A stretch of 64,000 bases of DNA. Source: Anthoceros angustus (Eukaryota > Plantae > Anthocerotophyta). Location: contig MU008210.1 of NCBI GenBank assembly GCA_010909165.1, forward strand, positions 258,819-322,818. Direction: 5' to 3'. A model generated the notes under the pieces. That model had not been told where the DNA came from and made no database searches. It saw nothing but the letters and a program-made list of their open reading frames with translations. Every line of letters begins with the position of its first letter. Position 1 is the first letter of the stretch. This document shows positions 38,962 through 51,626 of this stretch, one piece after another. A program made the position numbers and the translations under genes.

Positions 38962-39707
38962 TTGCGCTCCTGCTCTCATTGTTGTGTGCTCATGACTCCA
39001 CCTGCGCGTGGCATGGAGTGTCTACACTGTGGAAGGCAGTGGGTGCCACCCTCTGCATTCTCTCCAAGGCAGTGGATTCTCCACATGGTAACTTGCGAGC
39101 ATCCCGCAACGGACATTGATGCTAGCAAAACAGAAGAAGAACAACTGCAGATGGATAAGGCTGCCAGGAGGTTGCAAACCATGATACCTCTACGCTCTAC
39201 CAGGGCAGAGGTGTGGCATATGCCTCCTTATGTGGCCTTTCCTGAGACTCACGCTGACAAGAAGATGAGAATCACAAAGGAAGAGTACAAGGAGATGATA
39301 AAGACGGCATTTCCCAGAGACGAAGGAGAACTTGACTACTACTACCAGTACAAGATTACTAAGGACAGCCACGAAGCTATGGAGGGAAAGGAAACTGGGA
39401 TTCTGGTGCGAACTACACTGGTCCAAGCACAACTCGCTCCTTCAAAAGGTGAAGAGTATGACAAAATACCTGACGATGAGGACAATAAGCCAGAAGGGCA
39501 GACAACGCTTGTATGTAAGTGATGCTTCATCCACTCATCTCCCCATGGCTTCTGTCATTCTTATGCCAATAATCTATTCTAAAGCTAAATGCTCTCACTA
39601 TCCTGCAGGAAACTAAGAAGATAGCGAACCTTCTTGATCAGCTGAAGCAAAGAATGCATGACCTAGATTACCTGAAGAGGGAAGAGTATGCTGGACTAGG
39701 GGTTTAG
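38962..39707 (+). CDS. Spliced ORF of unknown function with CxxC...CxxC motif, antisense within the 3' region of a copia element
   Basis: Open frame 38962-39510; intron GTATGT(39511)...CTGCAG(39608) is phase 0; exon 39609-39707 continues ETKKIANLLDQLKQRMHDLDYLKREEYAGLGV*. Start codon or upstream exon uncertain. Confidence 0.55.
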
Positions 39708-40637
39708 TGAGCTTTCCTTTCATAGTTGTAGCAGGCACCAAAAGCAAGCCTGCTGCTGTCGTGTGCTTCTGATGTAATGGCTTGGCGAGGGCCTTCGTCA
39801 ATAAATTAGCAATGTTCTCGCCCGTAGGAATGTAATGAACTGTCACTTCTCCTGTATCTGCTGCTTGTCTTATGAAATGGTGAGTTATCTCTATGTGCTT
39901 GCTCCTGGCATGGAAGATGTGGTTCCTTGGATGCTATGGGTCGTGGTTGTCACACCATAGCCTGGTTGCTCCAGAACTGGGCTGTTGCAACCCTCTGAGA
40001 AATGATCTTATCCAGATGATCTCCCTCGCTGCCTGAGACAACGCTCCATACTCGGCCTCAGTAGAAGAAAGGCAGATGGTAGTTAGTTTCTTGCTACTCC
40101 AGGAAATCACTGTCCCTCCAAGAAGATTGCAATAAGCAGCTATACTACGTCGACTGTCTGGGTCACCAGCCAGGTCGGCGTCACAGTAAGAAGTGAGCTG
40201 CAAGCCTCCTGCTTGTCGTTGATATCTCAAACCATATCTAGCAGTTCCCTTCAGATACCTAAAGATGCGCTTTACAGCAGACCAGTGTGCCTCACCTGGA
40301 TTCTCCAAAAACTGTGAGTCGTGAAATATCGAGCCTGGTCCATGCAGCAAGGTAGATGAGGCAACCAACTGCCTGCCTGTAAGGCTTCTTGGACATCAAC
40401 TCTTTCTCATCATCAGTCATTGGGCACTGTTCTTTAGATAGCTTCTCTCCAGTGGACATGGGTGTAGATACTGGACGACAGTCCTCCATGTTGAACCTCT
40501 TGAGAAGTTGCTCCACGAAGTGTTCTTGGTGTATGTCAATCGTCGCCACAGATCACGGAAATGCAACTAAATGCCCAACGAGAAAGTAAGTTGGCCTAGA
40601 TCTGTCATTTCAAAGCGAGCCAAAAGCACTTTCTTGG
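39613..40637 (-). pseudogene. Ty1/copia RT C-terminus plus RNase H, interrupted at 40638 by gypsy family B
   Basis: KKVLLARFEMTDLGQ, PYRQAVGCLIYLAAWTRLDIS, HWSAVKRIFRYLKG, YCDADLAGD, STEAEY, NIANLLTK. Confidence 0.93.
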
Positions 40638-41029
40638 TGTGGACTACGGACTTCCCTTAAGGTTAGGAAATGAGTCGGGTTTTGTTTTTTTTCATAGGTC
40701 CGAAGTAGAAATAAGGCGGAAAAGGAGGAATAAGCACGGATGGCGCTCCGGACTGGGCTCCGGAGTATACACCGGACTCCGGAGTGGGTAACGGACCCCG
40801 GTACCACTATGGCGAGCTCCGGACTACGCCCGGTAACGGGATAAGTCCGGACCCCACTCCGGGTCAAAACAGGATAAGTACGCCAGGGAAAGTAACTTGG
40901 AAGTTGAGTCGTGAGGACAGACTAAGCGGCGCCACGTGGACGGCCCTGAGTGGAGGTCGGGCATGCAGCAGGCCAGGACCGTAGCCTTGCCAGGGGCCGT
41001 TATAAGCAGGTATTCACGCCCCGCGGACT

Positions 41030-41102
41030 GCGCGGCGGCGTAAGGCCAGAGTACGCGGCGGCGTAAGGCCAGAGTAAGCGGAGGCGTAAGGTCAGAGTAA
41101 GC
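41030..41102. repeat. ~23-bp tandem repeat x3 inside LTR B
   Basis: GGCGTAAGGCCAGAGTA(C/A)GCGG units. Confidence 0.85.
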
Positions 41103-41241
41103 CATGCAGACCTCTGGCAGTTACGGACAGGGAAGAGGCACCTTCCCGGTATTACATTAGCCGACGAGGAGGGTCATTTCTGCGCAACCTCAAGACAATT
41201 CATGATCTCTTGCGCCCGCAACCCGCTCTGGCGCTATCTCT

Positions 41242-43171
41242 TTGAATGCTCGGGCATCTTCGCGTGGCTCACCGTTGGGGTTGGAGCGTGACGCGAAGAG
41301 GGCGATCGTGCCAACGGTCTCCGCAAGCGGCCTGACGAAGGGAGAAGAAGGCGATGGCACCCAAAAGGCTGGAGGTCTAGGAGCCATGGAACTGGTAGAG
41401 CGCAACATTGTGACCCGCTATCCGGACTTTGGGCCACTGGAGGAAGGCGGGAGGATTAGTCGAGGAGTGGCACTTAGGCGTGTTCGAGTGTGGGCGTTTG
41501 TGGTGTCACTCCGGAGTTCGCCGGAAGATGTTGGCGGCCAACAAGGAGGTTCGTCCAAGAACCTCCGGGAGGATCTAGGCGATGGACCTTGAGGTCCCGA
41601 GGGCGGCCTACAACCGCCCAAAGGAGGAAGATGGGGCGTGGTCGAGCCCCTCAAGGCGAGGGGAAAGATAGAGCCGCAAGGGTGGCGTCGAGGCCCGACG
41701 CTGGACAATAACCAGGTTGATATCGGACTGCGGAGAGTGAGGGTCAGGTCGGATCATTGTCCATTGAACAAGGTGGATCACCTTGGTGATAATTCTTAGT
41801 GTTCTGCATGCGTTCTGACGGGGAAGAGGCGGTGGGAAGGATTATCTTCGCCGGTTGAGCCGAGGCCCAGGTGAGGCGAGAAGCCCTCGCCATTCGGACT
41901 ATCCCCATACACGATCCATGTATGGGGACATTCACGAGCTCTGAAGGATGGGGAGATCGAGCGGGCGCCCGGAAGATGTTGGCGGCCCTACCGTAAGGAG
42001 CGGGCGCCCGAGAGACCAGAGTAGAGACCCAGCATACCGTCATGGACGGTATGTTTTGGGGTCTCGCGAACGAGAAGACCGAAGTAGAAGCCACCCGAGG
42101 TGGTGCTCCTCCAGAGCAGCTTGGAGGCGGCCCAGAGGCAAGGAGGAAGGCAGAAGCTCTCGGTCGCATCGAAGAAGGGAAACGCAGGGAGGCCGAGAGG
42201 GAAGTCTGGTCCATTCGACAGGACCGGACTAAATTCCTTGTGGGTGGCGGTGAAGCGAGGAGGCCCAAGCACGGGCTGAAGACCTCTGCGGGCGGAGGAG
42301 GAAGCGGGAGGCGGAAGGAGGCGGGCGCAAGCGAGAAGGCTCGTGACTGGCGGCGGCCCAGAGGCAAGGAGGAAGGCGGAAGGAGGCGGGCCGCTAAGGC
42401 CGTCGTGATCACTATCGGGCGTGATCGGAACCGGTGGAGGGAGACGGCAGGGATAGCTGCGGCTAACCTGAAGAAGGAGCAGGAGGCGGCGGAGGCGGCC
42501 CAGAGGCAAGGAGGAGGAAGCCGCGGCAAGGAGATGGAGGATCTCGGTCGATTGCGTGAGGTGGGCGCGTGGCGAGATGGAAGACCGCAAGGAGACTGGG
42601 CTGCGGCTCAAGTTACCATTGAGAGGAATGGTAATCTGCGGGCGTGATCTCGGATCACGAGCGAGAAATAGCGGCTCCGGCTACATTGGCGGACGGAGGA
42701 AGTAAGGCGATGGAGCAGGAGGCGGGGCGTCGCGAAATGGAGAAGGACACAGGCGAGGCCCATGAGGCGGAGTTGCCCGACCGCTGGAGAGGAGATGGCG
42801 GAGCTAACGCCGTAATAAACGGGAGCGAGAGCACCGGACGTAGAAAAGAAGTCACCGGGTCCGGGCCATGAAGCGAAGGAGCGCCGCGCTATGGCCGGTA
42901 AGCCAGCTGAGCGAAGCGACGGAGCCGGAGCAGCAAGCAAGGGTTGCAGAGGTGACCGAGGCGCCTTGTGGCCTCACGAGACTCGGCCCGGCCCAGCCTA
43001 ACTGAACTCCGGCAGAGGGATGGTCCAAAGAAGTTTGACACACGCCCGGAGCACCAATGGCGAAGGGAGTACTGCCCGCACATGTGGAAGAGGCAATCCA
43101 AAGAAATTGACTCGGATTTTGCCTACTACCACGCCGAGCTCCTTAAGGCATTGAAGCCTCACTACAAATAG
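41242..43171 (+). pseudogene. Fragmented coiled-coil-rich ORF inside LTR B (U3)
   Basis: Pieces 41242-41592, 42042-42647, 42644-42871 and 42968-43171; MWKRQS...FAYYHAE is conserved in the diverged copy 52037-52255. Confidence 0.5.
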
Positions 43172-44468
43172 ACGGACCTGGAAGGCTCAAGGGATGAAGG
43201 GCATGGGGACAAGACGGACCCTAGTGGCCCCTGCTTGGAGACGACGGTAGTGGGGAGAAGAGCCTGTGAGGAGTGGACGCCAATACAACGAATCCTGTGG
43301 TAAGTCCGCGCAACCGCCGGAAGATAGAGGCGCTGAAGGGGGCGGAAGGAGGCCAACCGACCCAAGACAAGGGTCGGTGGGAAGGGATGAGGACCTAGTG
43401 CAGGGGTCCGCAGTAAGGGTCCGAGCTTGGGACCGGACCTGACAAGTTCCCCGAGGTCCGAACAGCAGATGAGACCGACCCAGCAGACCGGACTCGGGGA
43501 ATAAGATGACTCCGGTTCGACTGAGTCGAGACCGACCTCGAGGTCCTGACTCGAGTAAGGAGGAGCCCCTCCGACTTACCGGGGAGCAGACAATGGTGGC
43601 CCTACCAAGGGACCCACCGGGGCCAAGGGGACGACGTTGTGGTAACGGGCGGTCCGCAGAGCTCCAACCCGACAGTGATTCCTGGAAGGGAAGGGGTCTC
43701 ACGATCATCCGATTGTGCGCCTGCAACTGCCAAGACGGGAGATTGGACCACCAATCCCGAGGCGGAACCGGGACCTTCCACACCGCCGACGAAGGAGATA
43801 GGAGGAGGAATAGGATGGTAGGCGGCCGACATGCATGCATCAGCCGCCACCACTTCTAATAGGGGTGTAAAGACGCCGACTGGGCGAGTATAAGAGGGCC
43901 GAGGTCATTGAATAAATCATCTTTCTCTTGGGGTAGCGCGTTTTCTTGCGACCCTTGTGAGTCTTCTTGCTAACGTGAGGCCCAGTCATGGCGAGCCACG
44001 ACCCGGAGTCAAGGTCACAGTGGCGGACCCTAACGTGTGGTGGTGTGTGCGGAAGAGCGACGGACCCTTGCTCGTCCGGGAGCGGTCAGCGTCGGAAGGG
44101 CCGGGCAGTGAGCGGAGGACTCGGGAGGCGTGTAGAGCCGGACGGAGGCGGAAGGAGGAGGTCGGGCGCTGCACCGCGTTTTCTTCTCAAGGGCAGAGTG
44201 TAGTGTAGTGAGAGGAGCGGACTAGAGGAACGTGGCGAGCGAGAGCGATCTGACGGACGGGTCCTTAAGCGTTTGGCCACACGGGCTGTTGCGGTGGTGA
44301 ACGTAGTTAGGCAAAGCGATGAATGTGTGCGTTGAGTGAGCAGACGCAAAGTGAGGTGAGAATCGTCTGAAAGCAGTGGCAGAGCCTATCATTCCCGCGG
44401 ACTCCTTACTACAACGACACGGGATTGTGCGGCGCGGCGGCCGTCGGTGAGTCGCGCGCGCCACATTT

Positions 44469-44485
44469 TGGCGCCGTTGCGGGAA
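44469..44485 (+). promoter_or_regulatory. PBS, tRNA-Asp type (Athila-like)
   Basis: TGGCGCCGTTGCGGGAA vs the complement of plant tRNA-Asp 3' end, TGGCGCCGTTGCCGGGGA. Confidence 0.8.
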
Positions 44486-44503
44486 TGAAATCGTTCCGTA
44501 AGC

Positions 44504-45425
44504 GTGGATGCGTGGAGGCGTGAGGTAGTTAAGGGCAATTCTTTGAGAGTCGGACGTTGTGTTGCCGAGGCGCTCCGGCGAGCACGTGAGGACGCAGCTC
44601 GAGCGAGGACACCAATGGGTAGCGGTGGAGTTAGCCGGATCGTGAGGAGGCGACCAGTCGGTGGCGGTAAGAGGGCGGTCCTCACCCCACTGCGCGATGA
44701 TGGCAACAACACGACAAGCCTACTCCCTCTTTGGGGAAAGAAGGAAGCAGGATGCGAAACCTTTGTGGAGGATTTCGATCGAGCGAACTCAGCGGAGAAG
44801 GATCGGATGCACGACTCATCCGGTTTCGAGGGGGTCCTTAGGGAGCAGTGACTCTGCTGGTACCGAAGAAATCACCCGCGACCTCCCCTACCTTGAGCCG
44901 AAGGATGCCTTCTTGGAAAGATTCCAGCGGAATCGACCGGGAAGGCTCGTCTGTCAAGCTTGAGAATCTAAGCGGGGCAAGGCGGAGAAGCTGGATCGTA
45001 CATCGAGCGGTTCTATGCCCTTCGAGATCGGCACCCCACCACACCACGATGCGGTGCTGGTTCAGCCTACCTAAGCCAATGGCTAAGCATGTCTCATTGC
45101 TTGCGAGAAGGATGTGAGTAAGGCGGTGCGGCGGAGAACTCTGAGTCGATGCACCAACAAAGAGGCGAGAACAACTCGGGAGGAGAAGAAGAAGAAGAGG
45201 CGGGGAATCGAATCCAAGATGAAGAGCCCTCGAGAGGAGGAGGAAGAACCAGGCCACTTGGAGGAAGAGGAGGAGATTTCAGTGGAATCAAAGCCTCCAC
45301 GGAGGCGGAGGAACCGCATCATAAAACCAAGAAGAAGGCGTGGTGAAAGCGGAGGCGAGAAGAAGGAGGTTGCGATACTAGCTCGGTCAGGCACCTCAGG
45401 ACCAGCCCTTGAAAGAGTGGTTTGA
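44504..45425 (+). pseudogene. Gypsy gag-like remnant of family B
   Basis: First ORF after the PBS; SLLPLWGKKE...ETFVEDFDRA resembles a retrotransposon gag N-terminus; broken; an N occurs at 45541. Confidence 0.45.
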
Positions 45426-45679
45426 GGAAGACGAGAGAGTCATAAAGAAGGTGGAGGAGTTAACGATCAATACGCTTCATAGGCTGCAAACTTAGGAAAC
45501 TGCAACCCTTCAGTGCAATTGCCGCAGTTTAGTTATTCTTNATAAAGATTGTCCAGGTGGCTCGGATACCTTCTCCACGCCATGCTATGTGATGAAGGTG
45601 AGTGACAAAAATGAGAGGTCTTGGAATCATCTACTGTAAGAAGTTTAGACATTACTATCGGGTTGCAAGGTGACATTTC

Positions 45680-46040
45680 ATGTGGATCATTTCAAGGCTG
45701 AAGTACCTTGTGAATACAAGCTAGATTTATCAGATGATAGCTGGTGTGTACTTACTGCAAGAGTTCGATTTCGATGTGGGAACCAGGCCAGGGAAGCAAC
45801 ATTCGAGCCTTGAGATTTCATTTCTCGCCTAAAGGCGGAGAACGCCTTCTGAGGCCACCACGACCTAGGTTCCCTGACAAAGAATTGGTTGCCACAACGA
45901 ATGTTGAGGAGATGGGTGAGCAGCCAAGCTTGGCCATGACGAAGCCCAAGGAGAGGTGGTGGAGCGCTGTTAGGGCACTGCAGGGAGCCAAAGTCGCGTC
46001 CCGGGGTGAGCGCAATGGGAGGTTGCTGTGGAGGCCATAA
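45680..46040 (+). pseudogene. Possible BED-type zinc-finger fragment (hAT-like transposase N-terminus)
   Basis: WDHF...(frameshift)...VCTYCK...GSNIRALRFHF; no catalytic domain seen. Confidence 0.3.
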
Positions 46041-46129
46041 GAATACATTAAATGCTGCCTCGCAAGCGGGATGTACTATACATGATTGGGACAAGGCGCC
46101 TATCCTCCTAACAAGCAAGGTTGAAAGGG

Positions 46130-46641
46130 AGCAAGTTGGGCAATTTTTCGATCAAGACCTTGCGAAATATTAGCCATTAGATTTCATACCCCAACTTCTC
46201 CTTTGCCAAATCTCACCCTCTTGCCTTCCCACAAAATCGAGCTAGAAGAGCTCGACAATCCACGCCAAAAAGTCCTCCTGCGTGGAACGGAAGATGTACC
46301 TTTGAAATTAACCGGCCTCGGATTCTTGACCCTCACCCTGATCAAGAACTCCTTGGCAACAACCTCCTTTCTCGCTGTGAGTACAACCTCCTCCCCGCCT
46401 TGGGACAACCGCCTTTCTTGCTCAATGGAACCCATGTAGCTTCCTCCGCAAGAGCCTCTCCGCTTCTTCCTCTACACGTCATGCAACTCTCACACCACTT
46501 GCAAAAATCAGCGGGGGCGATTTCCTCTTTATGTCTGCTATAGAACTTCTTCCTCTCATCCCCCGATTGAAGATTCTCAACAATGTTCATGCCTCCTCCA
46601 CTACCAACTTGCCAAAGCAAAGAGTCCCCGCAACGGCGCTA
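46130..46641 (-). mobile_element. Family-A PBS (46625-46641, degenerate tRNA-Asp) and 5' internal region
   Basis: Reverse complement reads CCACA-TTT-TAGCGCCGTTGCGGGGA; internal ORF 46184-46435 is homologous to 56910-57236 (NF.GTSSVP.R...SSSSS...GKRVR.G.GEVGV). Confidence 0.75.
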
Positions 46642-46644
46642 AAA

Positions 46645-49600
46645 TGTGGTGATCCAGGTCAGATTCACCCCAGTGGCCACACTTATCCTAATCGCTACAA
46701 TAGGGTTTCGTCCCATGAGACTCTTGTTTGTCAGTCACAAAATCCAAGGCACAAACCACACACCTCTTCACACCCCCAAGCTCCCTCACATGAGCAACTC
46801 AACTCACTTGACATAAGAACGCCTCACTCAGGTCGCCAATCACCGCTGACCTACAACACCCTACGATTATAGGTCCACACCCCACGCAAGAGGTCATCAC
46901 ATGCAATTTCACGCTGTAAACGCGACTTCACCACCCGTGATCGTCCACTATTCCTTTCCCATTGCCTTCCCACAATTGGCACATCCTCAACCACCAACTA
47001 CAGCTCAAGGCTACTGTGCTCCGCAATCGCCGCCTCGGGACCTACAACCAACAACAATTGTAGGGCCTACCTTCCTACCACTTGTAGGAGAGTTGTAGGA
47101 GATCTAGTGCACCGTGGGCCAAGCACACCCTCATTCCTACGTGGGAGGAGACACCCTATCCCAACGCATGCAGGCGCATCCTACCGGTAGGGTCGCACTG
47201 GCGCAAAGCATACACGCCCTAGTTCAAGGCCTCCAACTTCTGTGCCCCGGCGCCCAACTACAACCGCGCGCCAAAACTCCACACCGGCAGCACGATTACA
47301 CCTCCACCGCCTCCCATGGGATTCCGCCTTGACCTACAACGACATCCATACCAGGTCCCACCCTACTGGAGGTCCATCGCCCACGCATAAGGATCCCCTA
47401 CACAGCGACTTCTCCACCCCTGTGATTTTGAGACCTTAGCTGCCTTCTAGTCTCTGGTGCATTTGGGACCCTAGGCTCCGACTTGGGCCTTCTTCTCCTA
47501 ATCTCACCTACCACTACTCAACATCTACCCACATTCCTCTCAACACTCACCTCAACTCAACTCCTCATCCTCCTAATCTAACCTTACTTCAAGCTCATCG
47601 CCCTAGCTCTTAGGCACAACGCCTGGGTCTCAAGCCAACAAGTTCTTCCTGTGGCTATGAGTTTGCACCAGACGGAGAACCTCCTGTGAGTCTTTCCCGT
47701 AGTCTACCCTCAAGCCGAGAGTTCCCTGCATCGCCACACACCCAAAGCAAAGCAATTTCACAGAACCATTCATTCAAGGGAGAGCAACTGCAGAGGCGCC
47801 TGCAAGGAGCGAGCCTCCCAAGCACACCACCAAACTCCTCTACCAGACATCGCTAGCTTGCATGTACAGCACAAATTCCTTCACAAGGAGCAAAGGACTC
47901 GCGATGAGTTTGGGAGCGCAAGACATTGTATTTTCCTCAACCTCGCCCCTTATATATAGGGCTCATACATAAGCCCCCACACACTCTTAGTTTCCTCAAC
48001 CACTATAAACTAATAGCCCAAAGCCAGACAAAACCATCACTCCCACTCGCCACCATCATGACAATCAGAAAACTCTAATCTCCTATTTTAACAATAAGGT
48101 CACTGACACAAGGCCAAAATCCTAAGAGTTCTCACTCCAAATCCTAACCAATCTACCATAACCTCCACTTGCTCAGATTGACCCACAACGGCGCCCCAAG
48201 ATAATTCCAGCTAGTCCCGAGCCACACACCCCACATCAAAATCTAAAGCTGGAGAAGAGACCCATGCCTTCCGTGGTTTGCACTCCATCACTCCACATCG
48301 CAGCCTCCGCACACACTGAGCCCCAACCCCTGCCTGAGCCACACCTAAGCCTACCAAACTTTCACCTGATGCATCCACGACCGCCTGTGATCCCACGGAT
48401 GTAGGGCCACCTCTACACCTCCTATGGACGAGGGTCAACTTATACCTCCACCACGAGTAGGGTCAACTCTATGGCCCCACCGCCCACACTCCAAGAAGGT
48501 CTCCGTGGAGCGGATCTTGCTCCATGCCTTCCTCTTCCTCCGAGTCATCCTCTCGGCCTTCCATATACCGCTTGGATGTTTCTGTCCAAAACCATCCACG
48601 CCTCCTAGCTCCACCTGCAAGGAAATACCAATTCGGCATCCATGCCTCTTCTCCTGCTCACCAGCTTGCCTTCTTAGGTGTGGCCACCATCTTGCACCCT
48701 TCAAGATTTTTCCTCTCACTCCACATGCCCCAATTAGCTCACTTGATGTCCTCACAAAGATAGCCTCCTTATGCGCCCAAATCCCTCACTCATCCCTACA
48801 CAAAAATTCAGCTCCGCTGCCCTCTTCTGCCCAGCTTCAAATCCCTTCACACACAACCCTTATGCACGACATCTCCTTCTCCTTGCACACACATGGGCAC
48901 CGCTGCTCTCACCAAGTCCTTGCCCTAGCTTTCCTTGCATGCACAAGCCTGCTTACCCTGCAGGGCTCCTAGGTGCCACCTCACACACCCAAAAGCATGG
49001 CCCTTTGTAGTGACAGTGAAACTCCTTGATATAGGCCATCATTCTCACCACTCCTCCCATGGAGGAGACCTCACCGCCTCCCTATGGTAGGGAGACACTC
49101 ATCCTACCCATCTACCTACCTAACTAATGCCCAGGGAGCCCCTCACACCCTACATTCTACCCATGTAGGGCCACCGGGTCACCCTACATACTACCCGTGA
49201 TCTCTCCCCTCACTTGTTTCCTACATCGGGACGCGAGTCGCACCATCCTACCCACATATCCCCTACTTATGGACACAAGACGGATAGTGCAGGGACACGT
49301 GCCCACCCACATATCCCCTACTTATATACACCGCCCACCCACATACATAGGGGACCTCGCCAATGGCGTGGGTCACCTTGTTACCTCACGACTACCTAAC
49401 TCGTCTGACTCCGCCTACACTGCCTGTAGGGTGCACCTCCTCCCTACGAGGGGAGTGCCATGCCCTCACCACTACCACCCCACACTGCCTCACAGGGGTG
49501 CACCACCTCCCCACAAGAGGGGTGCCGTGCCCTACGGCCCTTCCATTCTCGTGAGTAGCCACCGCTACACCGCCTGCTGTGAGGGTGCACCATCTAAACA

Positions 49601-51626
49601 CTCTCCCAATTAGTTCCCATATGACTTCTGCAAATATAATAAGCTGAAACACCTTACACAAAAGGCACCCCATCTCAATAATGATCCACCCCTAGGGTGC
49701 TTAACTTTGGAGTTCTTACAATTCGTTGTCCAACACACCAAATTGACTTGTGCACAACACTTGACTTGAATAAACTGCACTTATTTCCCAATGAACTCCT
49801 CACGCCTCAACAACATCTCGTATCAACCTCCTCACCCATTTCCTCGCGCCACCACAACGCCTCCCTTCACTTTGACTTGCAGCTCCCACCGAAATTCCGC
49901 CCGCCATGATGCACACCCTGCTAGATCCTTCACCATGTTGCAGCTCAATTAAATAATCGCCTTCCTATGGTTTGGCACACCTCCATCTTGCGCCCAGCTA
50001 CAAATTCAGCCTCGCCGTGAGTGCTCCTACCGGCCTTTCTAGTTCAACACACGGCCCTATCATGCCATTCTCACATCGTGACTCCATTGAGAGCACTTCC
50101 ATGTGCCTCGAGTCATGGCCTCCTCTTGCAACCCTTGTGGCTGCTCACTCTAAAACATGAGCTCCTCGCTCCCCATCCTTGCACCAATTGTCGCCTTCTC
50201 TCGCATGCCGAGCTCCCACCCTAGAGCCCTGCACAGATCTTGCACACCCACCATTACGGGCACTTGGCCCATCTTCCCAGCAACCATGCCACATCTCTAC
50301 CTCCCTCCCATCGCACCCAGTAATATGAGCACCCGCCCATGTCTCACTTCTTCCACACATGTGGCAAATTACTTTGCCTCCCAAGACTACCTCTGCTCCT
50401 TGCCCCACGGTCTCTTCGCCGCCATCATCTCCACGCCTTGGTGGTGGTCCCCAATAATCAGCCTTTGCCTCGCAAGCCTATCAACAATTTGTGCAAAGAA
50501 CCTCAAGCTACTTCTTGGCTTAATTGCCTTCACCTCTCTACTCCTTATTCTCCAACAAATTGCCTCAAGATCTTCTCGACACTGTCTTCCACTTCACTTC
50601 AATTCTTCACTGCTCACTCTGCTCGGTTTTGCTCTAGTTTGATCCCTTTTGATCCAAAAAGTAGGAGTGCCTAGACTTTCATGTTCCATAGGAGTCCCTG
50701 CTACCCTACATCCTACCCATGTAAGGGCCACCCTGGTCACCCTACATACTACCTGCATCTTTGTCCCCTACTCATGGACACGCACCGTCCTACCCACATA
50801 CATACATGTAGGGACTCCTGCCCTACCTATGTAGGGTCACCCTTGTTACCCTACGTACTACCCTACGTACTACCTTAACCTGCTCCGCGTAGGGTGCACC
50901 TCCCTCCCTACAGTAGGGAGTGCCATGCCCTACGTCCACTACCACCCTACACCTCCTCCGCGTAGGGTGCACCACCCAAACACTCTCCCAATTGGCTCCC
51001 ATGTGACGAATATAATGTTTGACACCTCACACAAAGGCACCCATCTCGTCTTGATCCACCCCTAGGATGCTTAACTTTTGGAGTTCTACATTTCATTGTC
51101 CAACACACCCAATTGGCTTGTGCGTGTCATTTGTCATGAATAAGTGCTTATTCCCGGTGAACTCCTCACACCAACAACACCTCGTATCAACCCTCCTTGC
51201 TACCATTTCTCCTCGCGGCCACCACAACGCCTTCACTTTGACTTGCAACCCACTGCCAAATTCCGCCGTCATGATGCACACCTCAGTTGTGATCCCTTCA
51301 CCATGTTGCAGGCCACAACACGCTTTGCCTATGGTTTTGCCACACCTCCATCTTGCGTACCTGGCCTACAAATTCATTGAGTGTCTCGCGCCTTTCCTTA
51401 GTTCAATACACGTCATCCTCACATCGTGACTCCATTGAGAGCACTTCCATGTGTGCCTTGGCATCGCCATGGCCTCCCTCCTCTTCACAGCCCTTGGCCA
51501 GGTCAGCCACTTGAACATCAACTCCTCGCCCCATCCTTTTGACCGATGGTCGCTCCTCTCTCGCATGGTGAGCCCTAACCAGACCTCGCAATGATCCTCG
51601 CATACACCCACCATTATGACCTGGCC
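46645..51626 (-). mobile_element. Family-A LTR core (46645-47981) plus upstream accessory/repeat region, with internal duplication (49060-50270 vs 50690-51626)
   Basis: Reverse complement matches 35200-37107; 48890-49020 matches 7155-7300. Confidence 0.7.

Larger units (their letters stand above)
40638..44465 (+). mobile_element. Gypsy family-B 5' LTR, 3828 bp, TGTGG...CCACA
   Basis: Begins TGTGG exactly where the copia RT frame is cut; ends CCACA followed by TTT and a PBS; TATA-like GTATAAGAGGG at ~43888; partial second copy at 51627-53741 ends at the same CCACA. Confidence 0.7.

Noticed and set aside
40541-40550. CGTCGCCACA as an LTR end
   Set aside because: It lies within the copia RT coding sequence, which continues on the minus strand to 40637.
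41744-42611. Long minus-strand ORFs (261 and 207 aa), and similar ORFs at 43187-43840, 56483-57226, 32576-33124 and 15166-15861
   Set aside because: Pro/Ser/Leu-rich shadow frames opposite GA-rich coding or repeat DNA; no motifs.
43861-43880. AGGGG|TGTAAAGAC as PPT plus LTR start, implying a 600-bp shared central LTR in a tandem element
   Set aside because: A TATA follows only ~22 bp later, and the real insertion boundary is at 40638 (TGTGG cutting the copia RT), with a different sequence. The similar reading at 35602-35616 for family A is doubtful for the same reason.
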